The notes under the pieces: model-generated
Told to the model about the DNA's origin: nothing
The model's input: the letters and a program-made list of their open reading frames with translations, nothing else
Database searches by the model: none
Program-made: the position numbers and the translations under genes
Shown: one piece after another, positions 1 through 10,861 of the stretch
Layout: every line of letters starts with the position of its first letter
Numbering within the stretch: position 1 is the first letter of the stretch
NCBI GenBank assembly: GCA_963664225.1
Contig: OY760937.1
Coordinates: 3,616,001 to 3,680,000 of the forward strand
Reading direction: 5' to 3'
DNA: 64,000 nucleotides
DNA from: Verrucomicrobiia bacterium
GTDB lineage: Bacteria > Verrucomicrobiota > Verrucomicrobiia > Limisphaerales > UBA1319

Positions 1-72
1 AACAATGGCTCCGTGTATCTGAATGGCGTGCTGAACTCCCTCTCGCTCGAAACCAACGCTCCCGCCCGCTGA
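1..72 (+). CDS. 3' end of an upstream CDS (partial)
   Basis: Frame 1 is open from the window edge (NNGSVYLNGVLNSLSLETNAPAR) to TGA at 70-72; too short to identify. Confidence 0.4.
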   Translation, partial: NNGSVYLNGVLNSLSLETNAPAR

Positions 73-414
73 CGCGTCCGCCCTGCGTCCGGGATCAGCG
101 GGATTGCCGACGATCTGCGTCACACCGCTTCCATAAGCCCCGTTTATGGGGAGAAATGGCGCTTTTCAAGGTCTGTAAGTGCTTAAAAGCGAGCTAAAAC
201 GCGTTATTCCGGGCCGAAAAAAATTCCACAAATTTTGTTGCATTGGGAAACGAACTGTGGTCATATATTGGACAGTTCCCAATAAACCAATCAGTTGATT
301 AGCTTGATAACCAGAGCCGAAGTGCGTTTTTCCGACGTGCGAGAGCATGGGCGAGTGCCATTGCTTGCTTTGGCGTTTGGGCTGGTCACGTAGCAACCAG
401 ACAGAGGATAACAT

Positions 415-3400
415 ATGCGATACACGCGACTCAAAGTGCTCGCGCTGGCGCTCGGGATGGCTGGGTTAGCCACCTTCGGGGCCAAAGCAGCGGGCGAGGT
501 GTTCATAGACGCAGATATTGGAGCCCCGACTTTTGTGGGTTCATCGACCGTATCTGGCACTCAAGTAACCATAAAAGGCGGCGGTTCCGATATTTGGGAC
601 AGTGCGGATCATTTCCATTATTATTACACCGTTAAAGACGGCGGTTTCGATGTCATTGTGCGGGTCGTTGACCTTCAGGGTCCGGATAATTGGACCAAGT
701 TTGAAATCATGGCGCGCGAAGCGCTGGATGACGGCACAGGAACCCTGGTTCCCGCAGCCGGTGATCGCCACGTCAGCTTGATGACCACTCGCGCGGCCGG
801 TCAAAACCAGATTGGTCTTCAGGATCGTCTCGTCAGAGATGGCGGCTCGGGCAATCCTGGCAGCACGGCGACTCCCTCCTATCCCAATACATGGCTGCGT
901 CTCACCCGTTCGGGTGCCGTGATCTATCTGTATAACGGAACAGATGGCGTAAACTGGAATGCGTTGGGTAATGTGGACACCAGCGTGACCGCCGGTGGCG
1001 CCTTCCCCAGCAAATTGCTCCTCGGTTTTGCCGTCACAGCGCATAACGACGGGGATGTGAACGGTGCGACCGCCGTGATCGACAACGTGCAATTCCTGGT
1101 TGCTCCGCCGGAAGTCACCGCTTCCACTCCGGCCAACCATGCTTCCTACGTGAGTCCTTCCACCAGTTACGCCTTCACGATGAAATCCGTGCCAGGCGTG
1201 GACGTGACCAACATTGTCTTCAAGGTCAATGGCGTGGACAAGAGCTCTTCGTTGACGTTCACTGGAACACCCAATGAGCGCATTGGAACTTACCCTGGTC
1301 CGTTCGTCGAGAATCAGGTCTATAATTTCCAGATCACCCTCAAGGATGTCACCGGTCTTTCGAGCACCGCCAACCTCTCTTTTGACACCTTCCTGCAAAC
1401 CAACTACAGCGTTGAAGCCGAGGATTTCAACTTCAGTGGCGGCCAATATGTGGATAATCCTCCCATTGGCTCGCTTTCTCCTTATGCGCCCGCGATCGGC
1501 ACGCCCAACATCGACGAGTTTCGTCCTGATACCGGTGGTAATCACGATTACCGCACCTTCACAGATGTCAACGGCATAACGACCTCAGATGTCGTCGGTG
1601 TGCGCGTGCGGCCCGGCAACGAGATCCTGCGCAAAGCTTATGTGGATGCTGCGGTTAGCGATCCCCTCGCCGAAGATTACATCGTCGGCTGGCTCGCTAA
1701 CACCGAATGGCTCAATTACACCCGCACATTCCCGGCCGGCACATACCAGATGTATGCCCGTATCGCGCATGGTGACGGCAATGGCTCGGTCAACCGCATG
1801 GACTGGGTGACCAGTGGTGCGACCACCGCCAACCAGGTCACCGCTCCGATGGGTATCGTCCAAGGCCCCACAACCGGTTCTTATGATGTCTTCACCTTCA
1901 CTCCGTTGACGGATGCAGTGGGCAACAAGCTCGTTCAGCGCATTACCGCTGGTGTCAAAACCATGCGTTATACCAAGCTCTCGGGCGGATGCGACATGAA
2001 CTTCTTCTCGTTTGTGCCCGTGGCTGATCCCGGCACCCTGGCCCCGTTCCTGTCTTCCGTTTACCCGACGCCCAACCTGACGGGTGTCAGCCCTGTGGCG
2101 GATATCACAGCCTCGATCACGGATCGCGACACCAAGGTCAATTCCGCCAGTGTTCAATTGATCATGGACGGAACCAACGATATCACTGCTGGATTGGTGA
2201 AAACCACCGTGGCCAGCGGGTTGAACCTGACCTATTCCTCGACGAACATCTATCCCGCCAGCAGCGTGCATACCCTGACGCTGATCTATGCGGATAATGC
2301 GGCCACGCCGAACAAGTTCACCAACACCTGGCAATATACGATCACGGGCGGTTACACCATTCTGCCCGCCTCAATCGCCCTGCCTGTGGGCAGCGGCCAA
2401 ACCCCTGGTTTCACGACCCGCCTGGTCCAGACCAGCACCGGCAGCGCGAACACGACAGCGTTCACCGAAGAAGAACTGATGGGCGTCTATCCCATCATTT
2501 ACAGCTCGGCGGATTTCACTGCCCAGGTGATCAATTATAACGGCAATGGCAGCTCCGGCAACTTCGCCAACGACACGCTCTTCTCGACGGCGTTTGGTGC
2601 GGCCATTGTGGACGCCAGCGCAGCCAACCTGGCCACGGAAACCGTGACCTATCTCGCCCTCAAACGCGGCTTCTACCGCATGGGTGTGAACAGCGATGAC
2701 GGCTTCCGCGTGACTGCGGGCACCCTCCCTGGCAATACCGCCATCAAGGTCGGTACCGTCCTCGGAGAATACAGCGGTGGCCGTGGCGTTGCAGACACGG
2801 ACTTCGACTTCGTCGCCCCGTTGGACGGCGTCTATCCGTTCCGCCTTGCCTATGAACAGGGCGGTGGCGGTTTCGGCTTCGAGTGGTTCTCGGTGGATCC
2901 CGTGAGCGGCGTTCGCACGCTGATCAACGATTCGGCCAGTGCGACCTCGATCAAGGCCTATCGTTTCAGCTCCGGGATGCCGCAGAATGTCGTCACCATT
3001 GTGAGCAATCTGCCTCCGACGCTGCCGGTGGTTGAAAACACCAAGCTCTCGCTCTCCGCGACAGCCACGGCGTCCCTCTTCGGGGACACCATCACGAACA
3101 ACGTCCTGTTCGTCTATCACTGGACCCGGGACGGCGCTGAAATCGTGGGCGATACCGCCATCAAGGGCACATCCGGCCCGATCTTGAGCATCGACCTAGC
3201 CCAACTCTACCAGGGCGGTCTCTACCAGTGCGAAGTTTCGCTTCCTGGTTTCCCGTCCATCAAGAGCGTCGCCTGCCAGGTGACCGTGGCGGCTGATACC
3301 ATCATTCCCACTGTGACCTCCATCAGCGGCAACGGCGCGTTGAACAGCATCACGATCAACTTCTCGGAGCCTCTCAATGCGGGCACGCTGGTCGCCTCGT

Positions 3401-5544
3401 CCTTCTCGGTCGATGGCGGGCTTACGATTACAGGTGTGACGCCGACCGTGGATCCCAACACGGGCAACACCATGCAGGTGGTTCTGTCCACCATTCCTCA
3501 GACCGAAGGCAAGCGCTACACGGTCAACATCAACAACGTGACCGACAGCGTTGGCAACACGATGGTCAATGTGAAGGCGTCCTTCAACGCCTATATCACG
3601 GATCCCACAGTCAAGATGCTCTGCGAGTTCTATGATAACATCGGCAGCATCGCCGCCCTGCAGGCCAGCGCGAAATTCCTCGCCGACATTCCGGATCGGG
3701 TTACTCCCGCGCCTGACTTCCAGACACCGACTTGGGAAAACGGTTCGACCTATGGTGGCCGCCTGGCCTCCGTGGTGACGGCTCCTGTCACAGGAAACTA
3801 TGTGTTCCACCTCGCCACTGACGACGGCGGTCAGCTCTATGTCAGCCAGGATGAGACTCCGGGTAACTGGGTTCTCGCTGCGGATGGCGTGACGACCTTT
3901 GTGGCCTCTGTTACGAGCTGGACCAATCAACGCGAGTGGGGAAATGCCTCCTCGATTCCTTCGGCTCCGATCCCCCTGGTTGCGGGCAAGAAGTACTACA
4001 TCGAAGCGCTCTGGAATGAGGGCGGCGGCGGCGACGGTTGCGCGGTTGGCTGGGCGATCCCCGGTAACACGAACATCGTCGTCATCCCTGCCAGCGCCAT
4101 GGGCGCCCAGAAAGTGGATATCAGCAACGCCAAGATCATGATCGGCCAGCAGCCTGTGGCTCTGACGGTCGCTGAAAACGGCGCTGCGAGCTTCTCGGTC
4201 ACCGTGACCAATGCCGTTTCGCAGTTCAGCACCAATGCAGCGGTGGACTATCAATGGCAGAAGAATGGCGCGAATGTGGCCGCGAATGGCAACAGCGCCA
4301 CTTACAGCATTGCAGCGGCTGCGCTGGCTGATAGTGGGGCCACCTTCCAGGTCATCATGCATGTGCCCGGCCTGAGCGTGACCAGCGCTCCTGTCGTGTT
4401 GACGGTGACCAAGGATTCGACCGCCCCGGTGGCCGTTTCCGCGGGAACATTGGCTACCGCGCCCACAACCGTGGGTGTGCTGTTCAGCGAGTTCGTGGAT
4501 ACTGCCAGCGCGCAGACCATCGCGAACTACACGGTCTCCGGTGCGACCGTCACCAGCGCGACACTCCTGCCCAGCGGCAAGGCGGTGGCACTGGCATTGA
4601 ACGCGGCTGTCGTGAGCGGCGCCACGGTCAAGGTTGAGAATGTCAAGGATATGGCGGCCACGCCTAATACGCTGGCTTCCACGACGCTGACAATCGCCTT
4701 CAACGACCTGACATCCAAGGATGTGGGCACAGTCAACACGACCAACAGCGCGCTCTTCACCGATCCCATCTATGTGGGTTCGACAGTGGCGCTCGGTAAT
4801 GGTGCGTTCGAAGTGAAAGCCGGCGGTACCGACATCTGGGATGTTCGCGATGGTTTCCACTTCACCTATAAAGAAGTGACCGGTGACTTCGAAGCGAAGG
4901 TTCGCGTCGAGAGCCTCCTGATCACCTCCACTTGGACGAAGGCTGGTTTGATGGTTCGCGAATCGCTGGATGCCGGCTCACGCAACCTCAACACAGTGGT
5001 GGATCCGACAGCGGGCGCCAACGTCTGGGAGCCGAACTACCGCGCCGAAACCAATGGCGCCAGCTCCGGATGGCCGGGTGAAATCGCCCGCGTCAGCCCG
5101 GTGACCTATCCCGACGCCTGGATCAAGCTCAAACGCGAAGGTCAGGTCATGACCAGCTTCAAGAGCACCAATGGCGTGGATTGGGTGACCCTGGCCACCT
5201 ACACCAACACGTCCACCACCAACCCATACCCGGCGAAGATGCTGGTGGGTATGTGCGTGACGGCTCATGACAACGGCGGCACGAACACCGTCGCCGAACT
5301 CCGTGACTACACCTTGACAACAGGTGGAACCGTCGAAGTGCCGACCATCACGGTCAGCCGCGTGAAGCCCAATATGGTCATCACGTGGGATGCCGCGAAG
5401 GGTGCTGGCTTCCAGCTCTACAGCGCGCCGACGATCAAGGGAACGTGGGCCGTGGAAGAGACGTCTCCTGTGACCGCCAACGGCGTGGTTACCGTGACTC
5501 TGCCGACGACCGAAGACAAGCGGTTCTTCCAACTTAAAAAGTAA
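415..5544 (+). CDS. Large secreted multidomain carbohydrate-binding/surface protein (2x ConA-like, CBM6-like, 2x PA14, Ig-like repeats, C-terminal sorting-type domain)
   Basis: RBS-like GAGGA; signal peptide (AKA-AG); GGxDIWD..DxFH module at both ends; EAEDF...WLNYTR CBM6-like; SDDGFRV and TDDGGQL PA14 motifs; YQWQKNG Ig; ends RFFQLKK. Confidence 0.8.
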   Translation: MRYTRLKVLALALGMAGLATFGAKAAGEVFIDADIGAPTFVGSSTVSGTQVTIKGGGSDIWDSADHFHYYYTVKDGGFDVIVRVVDLQGPDNWTKFEIMAREALDDGTGTLVPAAGDRHVSLMTTRAAGQNQIGLQDRLVRDGGSGNPGSTATPSYPNTWLRLTRSGAVIYLYNGTDGVNWNALGNVDTSVTAGGAFPSKLLLGFAVTAHNDGDVNGATAVIDNVQFLVAPPEVTASTPANHASYVSPSTSYAFTMKSVPGVDVTNIVFKVNGVDKSSSLTFTGTPNERIGTYPGPFVENQVYNFQITLKDVTGLSSTANLSFDTFLQTNYSVEAEDFNFSGGQYVDNPPIGSLSPYAPAIGTPNIDEFRPDTGGNHDYRTFTDVNGITTSDVVGVRVRPGNEILRKAYVDAAVSDPLAEDYIVGWLANTEWLNYTRTFPAGTYQMYARIAHGDGNGSVNRMDWVTSGATTANQVTAPMGIVQGPTTGSYDVFTFTPLTDAVGNKLVQRITAGVKTMRYTKLSGGCDMNFFSFVPVADPGTLAPFLSSVYPTPNLTGVSPVADITASITDRDTKVNSASVQLIMDGTNDITAGLVKTTVASGLNLTYSSTNIYPASSVHTLTLIYADNAATPNKFTNTWQYTITGGYTILPASIALPVGSGQTPGFTTRLVQTSTGSANTTAFTEEELMGVYPIIYSSADFTAQVINYNGNGSSGNFANDTLFSTAFGAAIVDASAANLATETVTYLALKRGFYRMGVNSDDGFRVTAGTLPGNTAIKVGTVLGEYSGGRGVADTDFDFVAPLDGVYPFRLAYEQGGGGFGFEWFSVDPVSGVRTLINDSASATSIKAYRFSSGMPQNVVTIVSNLPPTLPVVENTKLSLSATATASLFGDTITNNVLFVYHWTRDGAEIVGDTAIKGTSGPILSIDLAQLYQGGLYQCEVSLPGFPSIKSVACQVTVAADTIIPTVTSISGNGALNSITINFSEPLNAGTLVASSFSVDGGLTITGVTPTVDPNTGNTMQVVLSTIPQTEGKRYTVNINNVTDSVGNTMVNVKASFNAYITDPTVKMLCEFYDNIGSIAALQASAKFLADIPDRVTPAPDFQTPTWENGSTYGGRLASVVTAPVTGNYVFHLATDDGGQLYVSQDETPGNWVLAADGVTTFVASVTSWTNQREWGNASSIPSAPIPLVAGKKYYIEALWNEGGGGDGCAVGWAIPGNTNIVVIPASAMGAQKVDISNAKIMIGQQPVALTVAENGAASFSVTVTNAVSQFSTNAAVDYQWQKNGANVAANGNSATYSIAAAALADSGATFQVIMHVPGLSVTSAPVVLTVTKDSTAPVAVSAGTLATAPTTVGVLFSEFVDTASAQTIANYTVSGATVTSATLLPSGKAVALALNAAVVSGATVKVENVKDMAATPNTLASTTLTIAFNDLTSKDVGTVNTTNSALFTDPIYVGSTVALGNGAFEVKAGGTDIWDVRDGFHFTYKEVTGDFEAKVRVESLLITSTWTKAGLMVRESLDAGSRNLNTVVDPTAGANVWEPNYRAETNGASSGWPGEIARVSPVTYPDAWIKLKREGQVMTSFKSTNGVDWVTLATYTNTSTTNPYPAKMLVGMCVTAHDNGGTNTVAELRDYTLTTGGTVEVPTITVSRVKPNMVITWDAAKGAGFQLYSAPTIKGTWAVEETSPVTANGVVTVTLPTTEDKRFFQLKK

Positions 5545-5575
5545 TTCCGGGATAACCGGTTTAACTTAAATCACG

Positions 5576-5614
5576 AGAGGCCGGGCCCTAAAAAGCCCGG
5601 CCTCTTTTCTTTTT
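5576..5614 (+). terminator. Intrinsic terminator
   Basis: AGAGGCCGGGC/GCCCGGCCTCT stem followed by a T-rich tract. Confidence 0.85.
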
Positions 5615-5911
5615 CAGTAGGCACTCACGGGCCTCGGAAAACCAATCCCGGATTGGGATCTGAAAAAAAGTTGGTGAGAGTTGTTGACATGGTTTCGTTA
5701 AATTGTTTCCGTTCATTCCATGAGACGGGCATCCGGCTGCCGCGGAACCATTCTGAGGTTCCGCTCGGGGCAGGCGCGTCAGGCGTTGAAGCGATAACGC
5801 CGGAGCGCCGGGAGTATTTCTGTCAACAGGTTCCCGGACAAGAGGGCGGCATTCCATCGGTCCATTATTCCCGCCGCCATTATTTTTTGTAACTGGAGTT
5901 GAGTGATTTAA

Positions 5912-7219
5912 ATGAAAGAGTCGATTAGGAAAATAACCGGAGCCATCACGGCTCCTCGCGGATTCCATGCGTCGGGCGTGTTCTGCGACATCAAAAAACT
6001 CGGCACGGGCAAGGGCTCGAACAAGGGACGCAAGCGCGACCTGGGCCTTCTGGTGTCCGAGGTGCCCGCCACCGTCGCCGGGCTGTTCACCACCAATCAG
6101 GTTTGCGCCGCGCCGGTCAAGGTGAGCCTGGTCCGCGCCCAGCAGGAGACCGCGCGCGCCATTGTGGCCAACTCAGGCAACGCCAACGCCTGCACGGGCG
6201 CCGTTGGAATGCGCGATGCCGAGGCCATGACGGAAATGGTCGCCAGCCGGTTGGGACTGCCCGCCCGCGAGGTTCTGGTGTGCTCCACCGGGCGCATCGG
6301 CGTGACGCTGCCCATGACCAACGTGGAGCAGGGCATTGCCTCCGCAGTCGCCCTGTTGGACAAAAGCCCCGACAGCGCGCATCACCTCACAGAGTCGATC
6401 ATGACCAGTGACACCCGTCCCAAAGAGGTGGCGGTTGAATTTGTTTTGAACGGACGGAAGGTGCGGCTGGCGGGAATTTGCAAGGGCGCGGGCATGATCC
6501 AGCCCGGTATGAGCGTCACGGGTCGTCGGCCCGCGGCAATGCCCCTCCATGCCACCATGCTTTGCATGCTCACCACGGATGCCGCCATCGAATCCCCCGC
6601 TTTGAAGGCCGCATTGGAAGCCGCGGTCGCGCAGAGCTTCAACCGGATCACCGTGGACGGCGACATGAGCACGAACGATTCGGTCATCATCCTGGCCAAC
6701 GGCCTTGCCGGGAATAAGCGTTTGGAACTGGCCCGACGGCCGAGCGCCGATTTTGTCCGGTTTCAGGAGGCATTGGATTATGTCACGCTGGAACTGGCGA
6801 AGATGATCGTCCGGGATGGCGAGGGGGTCTCGCGGTTCGTCACGGTGCGGGTCTCGGGCGCGGAATCGTTCGCGGACGCGGATGCCGCGGCGCGGGCGGT
6901 GGCCAACAGCGCGCTGGTCAAGACCAGTTGGTGCGGCGGCGATCCCAACTGGGGCCGGATTCTCGATGCGCTGGGATATTCATCCGCGCATATCGTGGAG
7001 GAGAAGGTGAGCATGGGATACAGCCTGCCGGGAAAGGATACCGTCATGCTGGCGTTGCAGCAGGGCCAGCCGTCGTCCACGCCTTTGGCCGCCCTCAAGA
7101 AAATCACCGGACTCAAGGAATTCGACCTGCACATCGACTTGAACCTGGGTTCCAGCGAGGCCGTCATCTACACGGCGGACCTGACGGAAGAATACGTCGA
7201 TTTCAACAAGGGAGAGTGA
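5912..7219 (+). CDS. argJ: Bifunctional ornithine acetyltransferase/N-acetylglutamate synthase
   Basis: NSGNANACTG, CSTGRIG, KGAGMI, HATML autocleavage site, DGDMSTND, DGEG, DPNWGR. Confidence 0.96.
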   Translation: MKESIRKITGAITAPRGFHASGVFCDIKKLGTGKGSNKGRKRDLGLLVSEVPATVAGLFTTNQVCAAPVKVSLVRAQQETARAIVANSGNANACTGAVGMRDAEAMTEMVASRLGLPAREVLVCSTGRIGVTLPMTNVEQGIASAVALLDKSPDSAHHLTESIMTSDTRPKEVAVEFVLNGRKVRLAGICKGAGMIQPGMSVTGRRPAAMPLHATMLCMLTTDAAIESPALKAALEAAVAQSFNRITVDGDMSTNDSVIILANGLAGNKRLELARRPSADFVRFQEALDYVTLELAKMIVRDGEGVSRFVTVRVSGAESFADADAAARAVANSALVKTSWCGGDPNWGRILDALGYSSAHIVEEKVSMGYSLPGKDTVMLALQQGQPSSTPLAALKKITGLKEFDLHIDLNLGSSEAVIYTADLTEEYVDFNKGE

Positions 7220-7223
7220 GCCA

Positions 7224-8096
7224 ATGCAGACGTTGATAGCCAAGGCGGACACCCTCCTCGAGGCGCTTCCCTACATCCAGCGATTTCGGAATCAGGTTTT
7301 TGCCGTCAAATACGGCGGCAGCTTCATGGATTCCCCGGACCCGGCGGTGCGGGACGGCGTGGCGCGGGACGTCGTGTTTTTGGAGGCCGTGGGCATCAAT
7401 CCCGTGGTCATCCACGGCGGAGGCAAGGCCATTACCCGTGCCATGGCTGAGGCCGGGATCAAGGCCCAGTTCATTCAGGGAATGCGCCTGACGGATGAGA
7501 AAACCGTGGAAGTGGTGGAGCGGGTTTTATCTCGCGAAATCAATCCCCAGGTGGTTGCTGCAATCAACGCCTTTGGCGGCAAGGCCCGCGGCTTCAGCGG
7601 CACCGAAATATTTCGCTGCCGTCGTGTCGGGGCGCAGACTCCGACCGGGCCTGTGGATGTGGGATTTGTCGGCGAGGTGATCTCCGTGAATGTTAAGCCC
7701 CTCCTGGACTGCATTCAGCAGAACATCACGCCGGTAATCAGCCCCACCGCCATTGGCGAGGACGGCCATGTTTATAATTGCAATGCGGATGTGGCGGCGG
7801 CGCAGACGGCCATTGCATTGAAGGCCCGGCGGCTGGTGTTCATGAGCGATGTGCCCGGCCTGATGCGCAATCCCAAGGATCCCTCCACGGTCATAGCGCA
7901 CTTGCAGACCGATGAGGTGCCGGCATTGAAGGCGGCGGGCATTGTGGATGCCGGGATGATTCCCAAGGTGGACAGCGCCGTGGCGGCGGTGCGCGCCGGT
8001 GTGAGCAAGGTCTCGATGGTTGATGGCCGGGTGGCGCACGCGGTGATGCTGGAGATTTTCACGGATGCCGGATTGGGCACGGAGGTGGTTTTATGA
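7224..8096 (+). CDS. argB: Acetylglutamate kinase
   Basis: EALPYI, KYGGS, HGGG, NCNAD, GMIPKV. Confidence 0.96.
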   Translation: MQTLIAKADTLLEALPYIQRFRNQVFAVKYGGSFMDSPDPAVRDGVARDVVFLEAVGINPVVIHGGGKAITRAMAEAGIKAQFIQGMRLTDEKTVEVVERVLSREINPQVVAAINAFGGKARGFSGTEIFRCRRVGAQTPTGPVDVGFVGEVISVNVKPLLDCIQQNITPVISPTAIGEDGHVYNCNADVAAAQTAIALKARRLVFMSDVPGLMRNPKDPSTVIAHLQTDEVPALKAAGIVDAGMIPKVDSAVAAVRAGVSKVSMVDGRVAHAVMLEIFTDAGLGTEVVL

Positions 8097-9379
8097 AAGA
8101 AATCGTACCGTCGGAGCCGACGCCCATTGTGCATAATGCGGCGGCGGCCATTCAAAGCCTGTTCAAAGAGAACGTCATTCCCTCGTATGGGCGTTTTGAC
8201 CTGGTGCTGACCCGCGGGCAGGGCAGCTATGTATGGGACGTGGCGGGCAAACGCTATCTGGACATGGGTTCCGGCATCGCGGTGTGCTGCCTGGGGCACG
8301 CGCATCCGGCCATCGCGCAGGCGCTGTGGGATCAGGCCCAGAAACTGGTGCATGTCTCCAACCTCTATTACACGGAGCCCCAGGGGCGGCTGGCGCGCGA
8401 GCTGGTCAAAAGAATCGGTCCGGGCAAATGCTTCTTTGGCAACAGCGGCGCGGAGGCCAACGAAGGGTTGTTCAAACTGGCGCGACGGTTCGGCCATGAC
8501 GAAGGGCGCTTTGAGATTCTCACCGCGTTGAATTCCTTTCACGGACGGACCATGGCGGGCATTGCGGCCACAGGCCAGGACAAGGTCAAGAAAGGCTTCG
8601 AGCCGATCATGCCCGGATTCCGGCATGTGCCCTATAACGATCTGGAGGCGATGCGGCGGGCGATCAGCCCGGCCACCGTTGCGATCATGATCGAAGGCGT
8701 GCAGGGCGAGGGCGGCATCACGCCCGCCACCCCGGAATACCTGCTGGGCCTGCGGCAATTGTGCGACGAGAAAAAGCTGCTCCTGTTCATGGATTGCGTG
8801 CAATGCGGGCATTTCCGCACGGGCCGGTTCCAGAGTTTTCAACGCATCCTGGAAGGCGTGCCGGGCGGGGAATCGTTTTTGCCGGACGGCGTCAGCATGG
8901 CCAAATCGCTGGGCGGCGGTGTGCCCATGGGGGCCTTCTGGGTGCGAAAGCCGTATGCGGATCTGCTTGGGCCGGGCACCCACGCGAGCACGTTTGGCGG
9001 CACACCGCTGGCGTGCGCCGTGGCCCTGCGGATTCTCGAGGTCATCGAGAAGGAGAATCTGATCGAGAACGCCCGGACCACGGGCGCTTATCTGCAGGAT
9101 GAACTGCGGCAGTTGGTTCAGAAATATCCTGAAGTGATCAAGACCGTGCGCGGACTCGGTTTCATGACCGGGTTCGAGCTGGCCGCAAATGTTCCCGGCC
9201 TGTCGGGGACTCCCAAAACACCTGCGGCGCGGTTTGTCGATCTGCTCCACCAGGCCGGAATGCTGGCCATACCCGCCGGCACACAGGTCGTGCGCCTGTT
9301 GCCCCCGCTGAACCTGAGCCGGACCGAGGCGAAGGAATGCGTGACCATCGTCGAATCGGTCATCGAAAAAGTAATGTAA
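8093..9379 (+). CDS. argD: Acetylornithine aminotransferase (class III PLP)
   Basis: NSGAEANE, SFHGRT, EGVQGEGG, AKSLGGG, HASTFGG; 4-nt overlap with argB. Confidence 0.92.
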   Translation: MKEIVPSEPTPIVHNAAAAIQSLFKENVIPSYGRFDLVLTRGQGSYVWDVAGKRYLDMGSGIAVCCLGHAHPAIAQALWDQAQKLVHVSNLYYTEPQGRLARELVKRIGPGKCFFGNSGAEANEGLFKLARRFGHDEGRFEILTALNSFHGRTMAGIAATGQDKVKKGFEPIMPGFRHVPYNDLEAMRRAISPATVAIMIEGVQGEGGITPATPEYLLGLRQLCDEKKLLLFMDCVQCGHFRTGRFQSFQRILEGVPGGESFLPDGVSMAKSLGGGVPMGAFWVRKPYADLLGPGTHASTFGGTPLACAVALRILEVIEKENLIENARTTGAYLQDELRQLVQKYPEVIKTVRGLGFMTGFELAANVPGLSGTPKTPAARFVDLLHQAGMLAIPAGTQVVRLLPPLNLSRTEAKECVTIVESVIEKVM

Positions 9380-10278
9380 TGAAACATCTGTTGAGCCTGG
9401 AAAAAATGGACGTTCGGGACATGAATGACATCGTGTCCTCGACGGCGTCGATCAAACATGACCGCGGGCGCGGGATGAAACGCCCGCTGGAGGGTCGCAC
9501 GTGGGCCATGATTTTCTCCAAGGCCTCCACGCGCACTCGCGTCTCCTTCGAGGTCGGCATTCGCGAACTGGGCGGCCAGGTGATTTTCCTCAACGCGGGG
9601 GAAATCCAGCTCGGCCGCGGCGAGCCAATCAAGGACACCGCGCGGGTTTTGGGCCGCATGACCCATGGCGCGGTGATCCGCACCTATGCGCAAAACGATG
9701 TGGAGGAATTTGCAAAATACTCCGGCATTCCGACCATCAACGCCCTGACCGATGACGAGCATCCCTGCCAGATTCTGGCGGACATCTTCACGTTTCAGGA
9801 GAAGCGCGGTTCCATTGCCGGCAAGTCCGTTGCCTTCATTGGGGACGGCGCTTGCAATGTGCCGATTTCCTGGATGTTTGCCGCCGCGAAACTCGGATTC
9901 GAGTTGCGCATTGGCGCGCCCAAGGCTTACCAGCCCTCGGCGGAATTGCTCAAGCGGGCCGGTGGACGCATCACCTGCCATGAAGACCCGCGCAAGGCCG
10001 TGGAAGGCGTGGACTTGATCTATACCGATGTGTGGGTGTCCATGGGCAAGGAAGCCGAGGCCGCCGAGCGCATTCGCCAGTTGGGGCCTTACCAGATCAA
10101 TGCGGACCTGGTGAAACAGGCCCGGCCCGGCGCGCTGGTGATGCATTGCCTGCCCGCCTATCGCGGCAAGGAAATCGACGAAGCCACCTTCGAAGCCAAC
10201 GCTGAGACGATTTTTGACGAGGCCGAAAACCGGTTGCACGTTCAAAAATCCATTCTGAGCTGGATCGTGAAGTCCTGA
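9379..10278 (+). CDS. argF: Ornithine carbamoyltransferase
   Basis: STRTR, HPCQ, HCLP, AENRLH; ATG at 9379 overlaps the argD TAA. Confidence 0.95.
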   Translation: MKHLLSLEKMDVRDMNDIVSSTASIKHDRGRGMKRPLEGRTWAMIFSKASTRTRVSFEVGIRELGGQVIFLNAGEIQLGRGEPIKDTARVLGRMTHGAVIRTYAQNDVEEFAKYSGIPTINALTDDEHPCQILADIFTFQEKRGSIAGKSVAFIGDGACNVPISWMFAAAKLGFELRIGAPKAYQPSAELLKRAGGRITCHEDPRKAVEGVDLIYTDVWVSMGKEAEAAERIRQLGPYQINADLVKQARPGALVMHCLPAYRGKEIDEATFEANAETIFDEAENRLHVQKSILSWIVKS

Positions 10279-10304
10279 AAATGGCGTGGTGGTTGCAACC
10301 GTTT

Positions 10305-10332
10305 GTAGACCGGGTCCCCTGACCCGGCGTCC
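10305..10332 (+). repeat. GTAG-type REP-like hairpin
   Basis: GTAGACCGGGTCCCCTGACCCGGCGTCC; relatives at 52950-52977 and inside the 53.7-55.9 kb array. Confidence 0.6.
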
Positions 10333-10373
10333 GGTTCATTGTAAATCCGTTGCCATCGGCCACATGCAAAGGA

Positions 10374-10401
10374 AGGGCGTGCAGTCCTCTGCGCGCCGCG
10401 A
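10374..10401 (+). repeat. REP-like 28-bp dispersed repeat, copy 1
   Basis: AGGGCGTGCAGTCCTCTGCGCGCCGCGA, identical at 17702-17729. Confidence 0.7.
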
Positions 10402-10414
10402 TGTTTCAGAATAA

Positions 10415-10792
10415 ATGCAACCCGATTGGAAACTTTTGCTGGGCCTGGCCCAGGAGGAAGTCAGGGCCACGCTGCACAAGCTCCCGCTTCGTCTGCGTGA
10501 AGAGGCGCGCCGATTGCCCGTGAGCTACGAGCGCCGCCCCAACCGCGCCCTGATCGCCGATGGCATTGAGCCGGACACCCTCGGTTTATTTGTCGGGCCC
10601 GGCTTTGACGAGGAGGAAAGCAGCGTCGATCCATTGCCGCCCCAGATTTTGTTGTTTTTGGAGAATATCTGGGATGCTTCGAAGGGGGATCGCGCGATAT
10701 GCCGGAAGGAAATTCGTGCCACGTATCTTCACGAACTGGGGCATTACCTGGGACTGGACGAGGACGACCTGGACGAGCGGGGTTTGTCCTGA
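10415..10792 (+). CDS. Minimal zincin-like metallopeptidase
   Basis: LGLFVG, I.LF.ENI, HELGHYLG (HExxH). Confidence 0.85.
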   Translation: MQPDWKLLLGLAQEEVRATLHKLPLRLREEARRLPVSYERRPNRALIADGIEPDTLGLFVGPGFDEEESSVDPLPPQILLFLENIWDASKGDRAICRKEIRATYLHELGHYLGLDEDDLDERGLS

Positions 10793-10861
10793 TTTAAATT
10801 ATGGCTGCCCGATGCCTTTTTTGCGTGCGACGCGGGTTTTCCGGGGTTAACAATTAAGGAC

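Noticed and set aside
242..300. Inverted repeats (ATTGGGAA/TTCCCAAT; AATCA-GT-TGATT) upstream of the giant protein
   Set aside because: They may be regulatory, but they are short and cannot be assigned to any regulator.
541..5532. Long antisense ORFs here and opposite argD, nifJ and the GH genes
   Set aside because: They are shadow frames of GC-rich real genes and carry no motifs.
5653..5892. Small ORF or leader peptide upstream of argJ
   Set aside because: No recognisable motif, RBS, attenuator or ARG box; cannot be supported.
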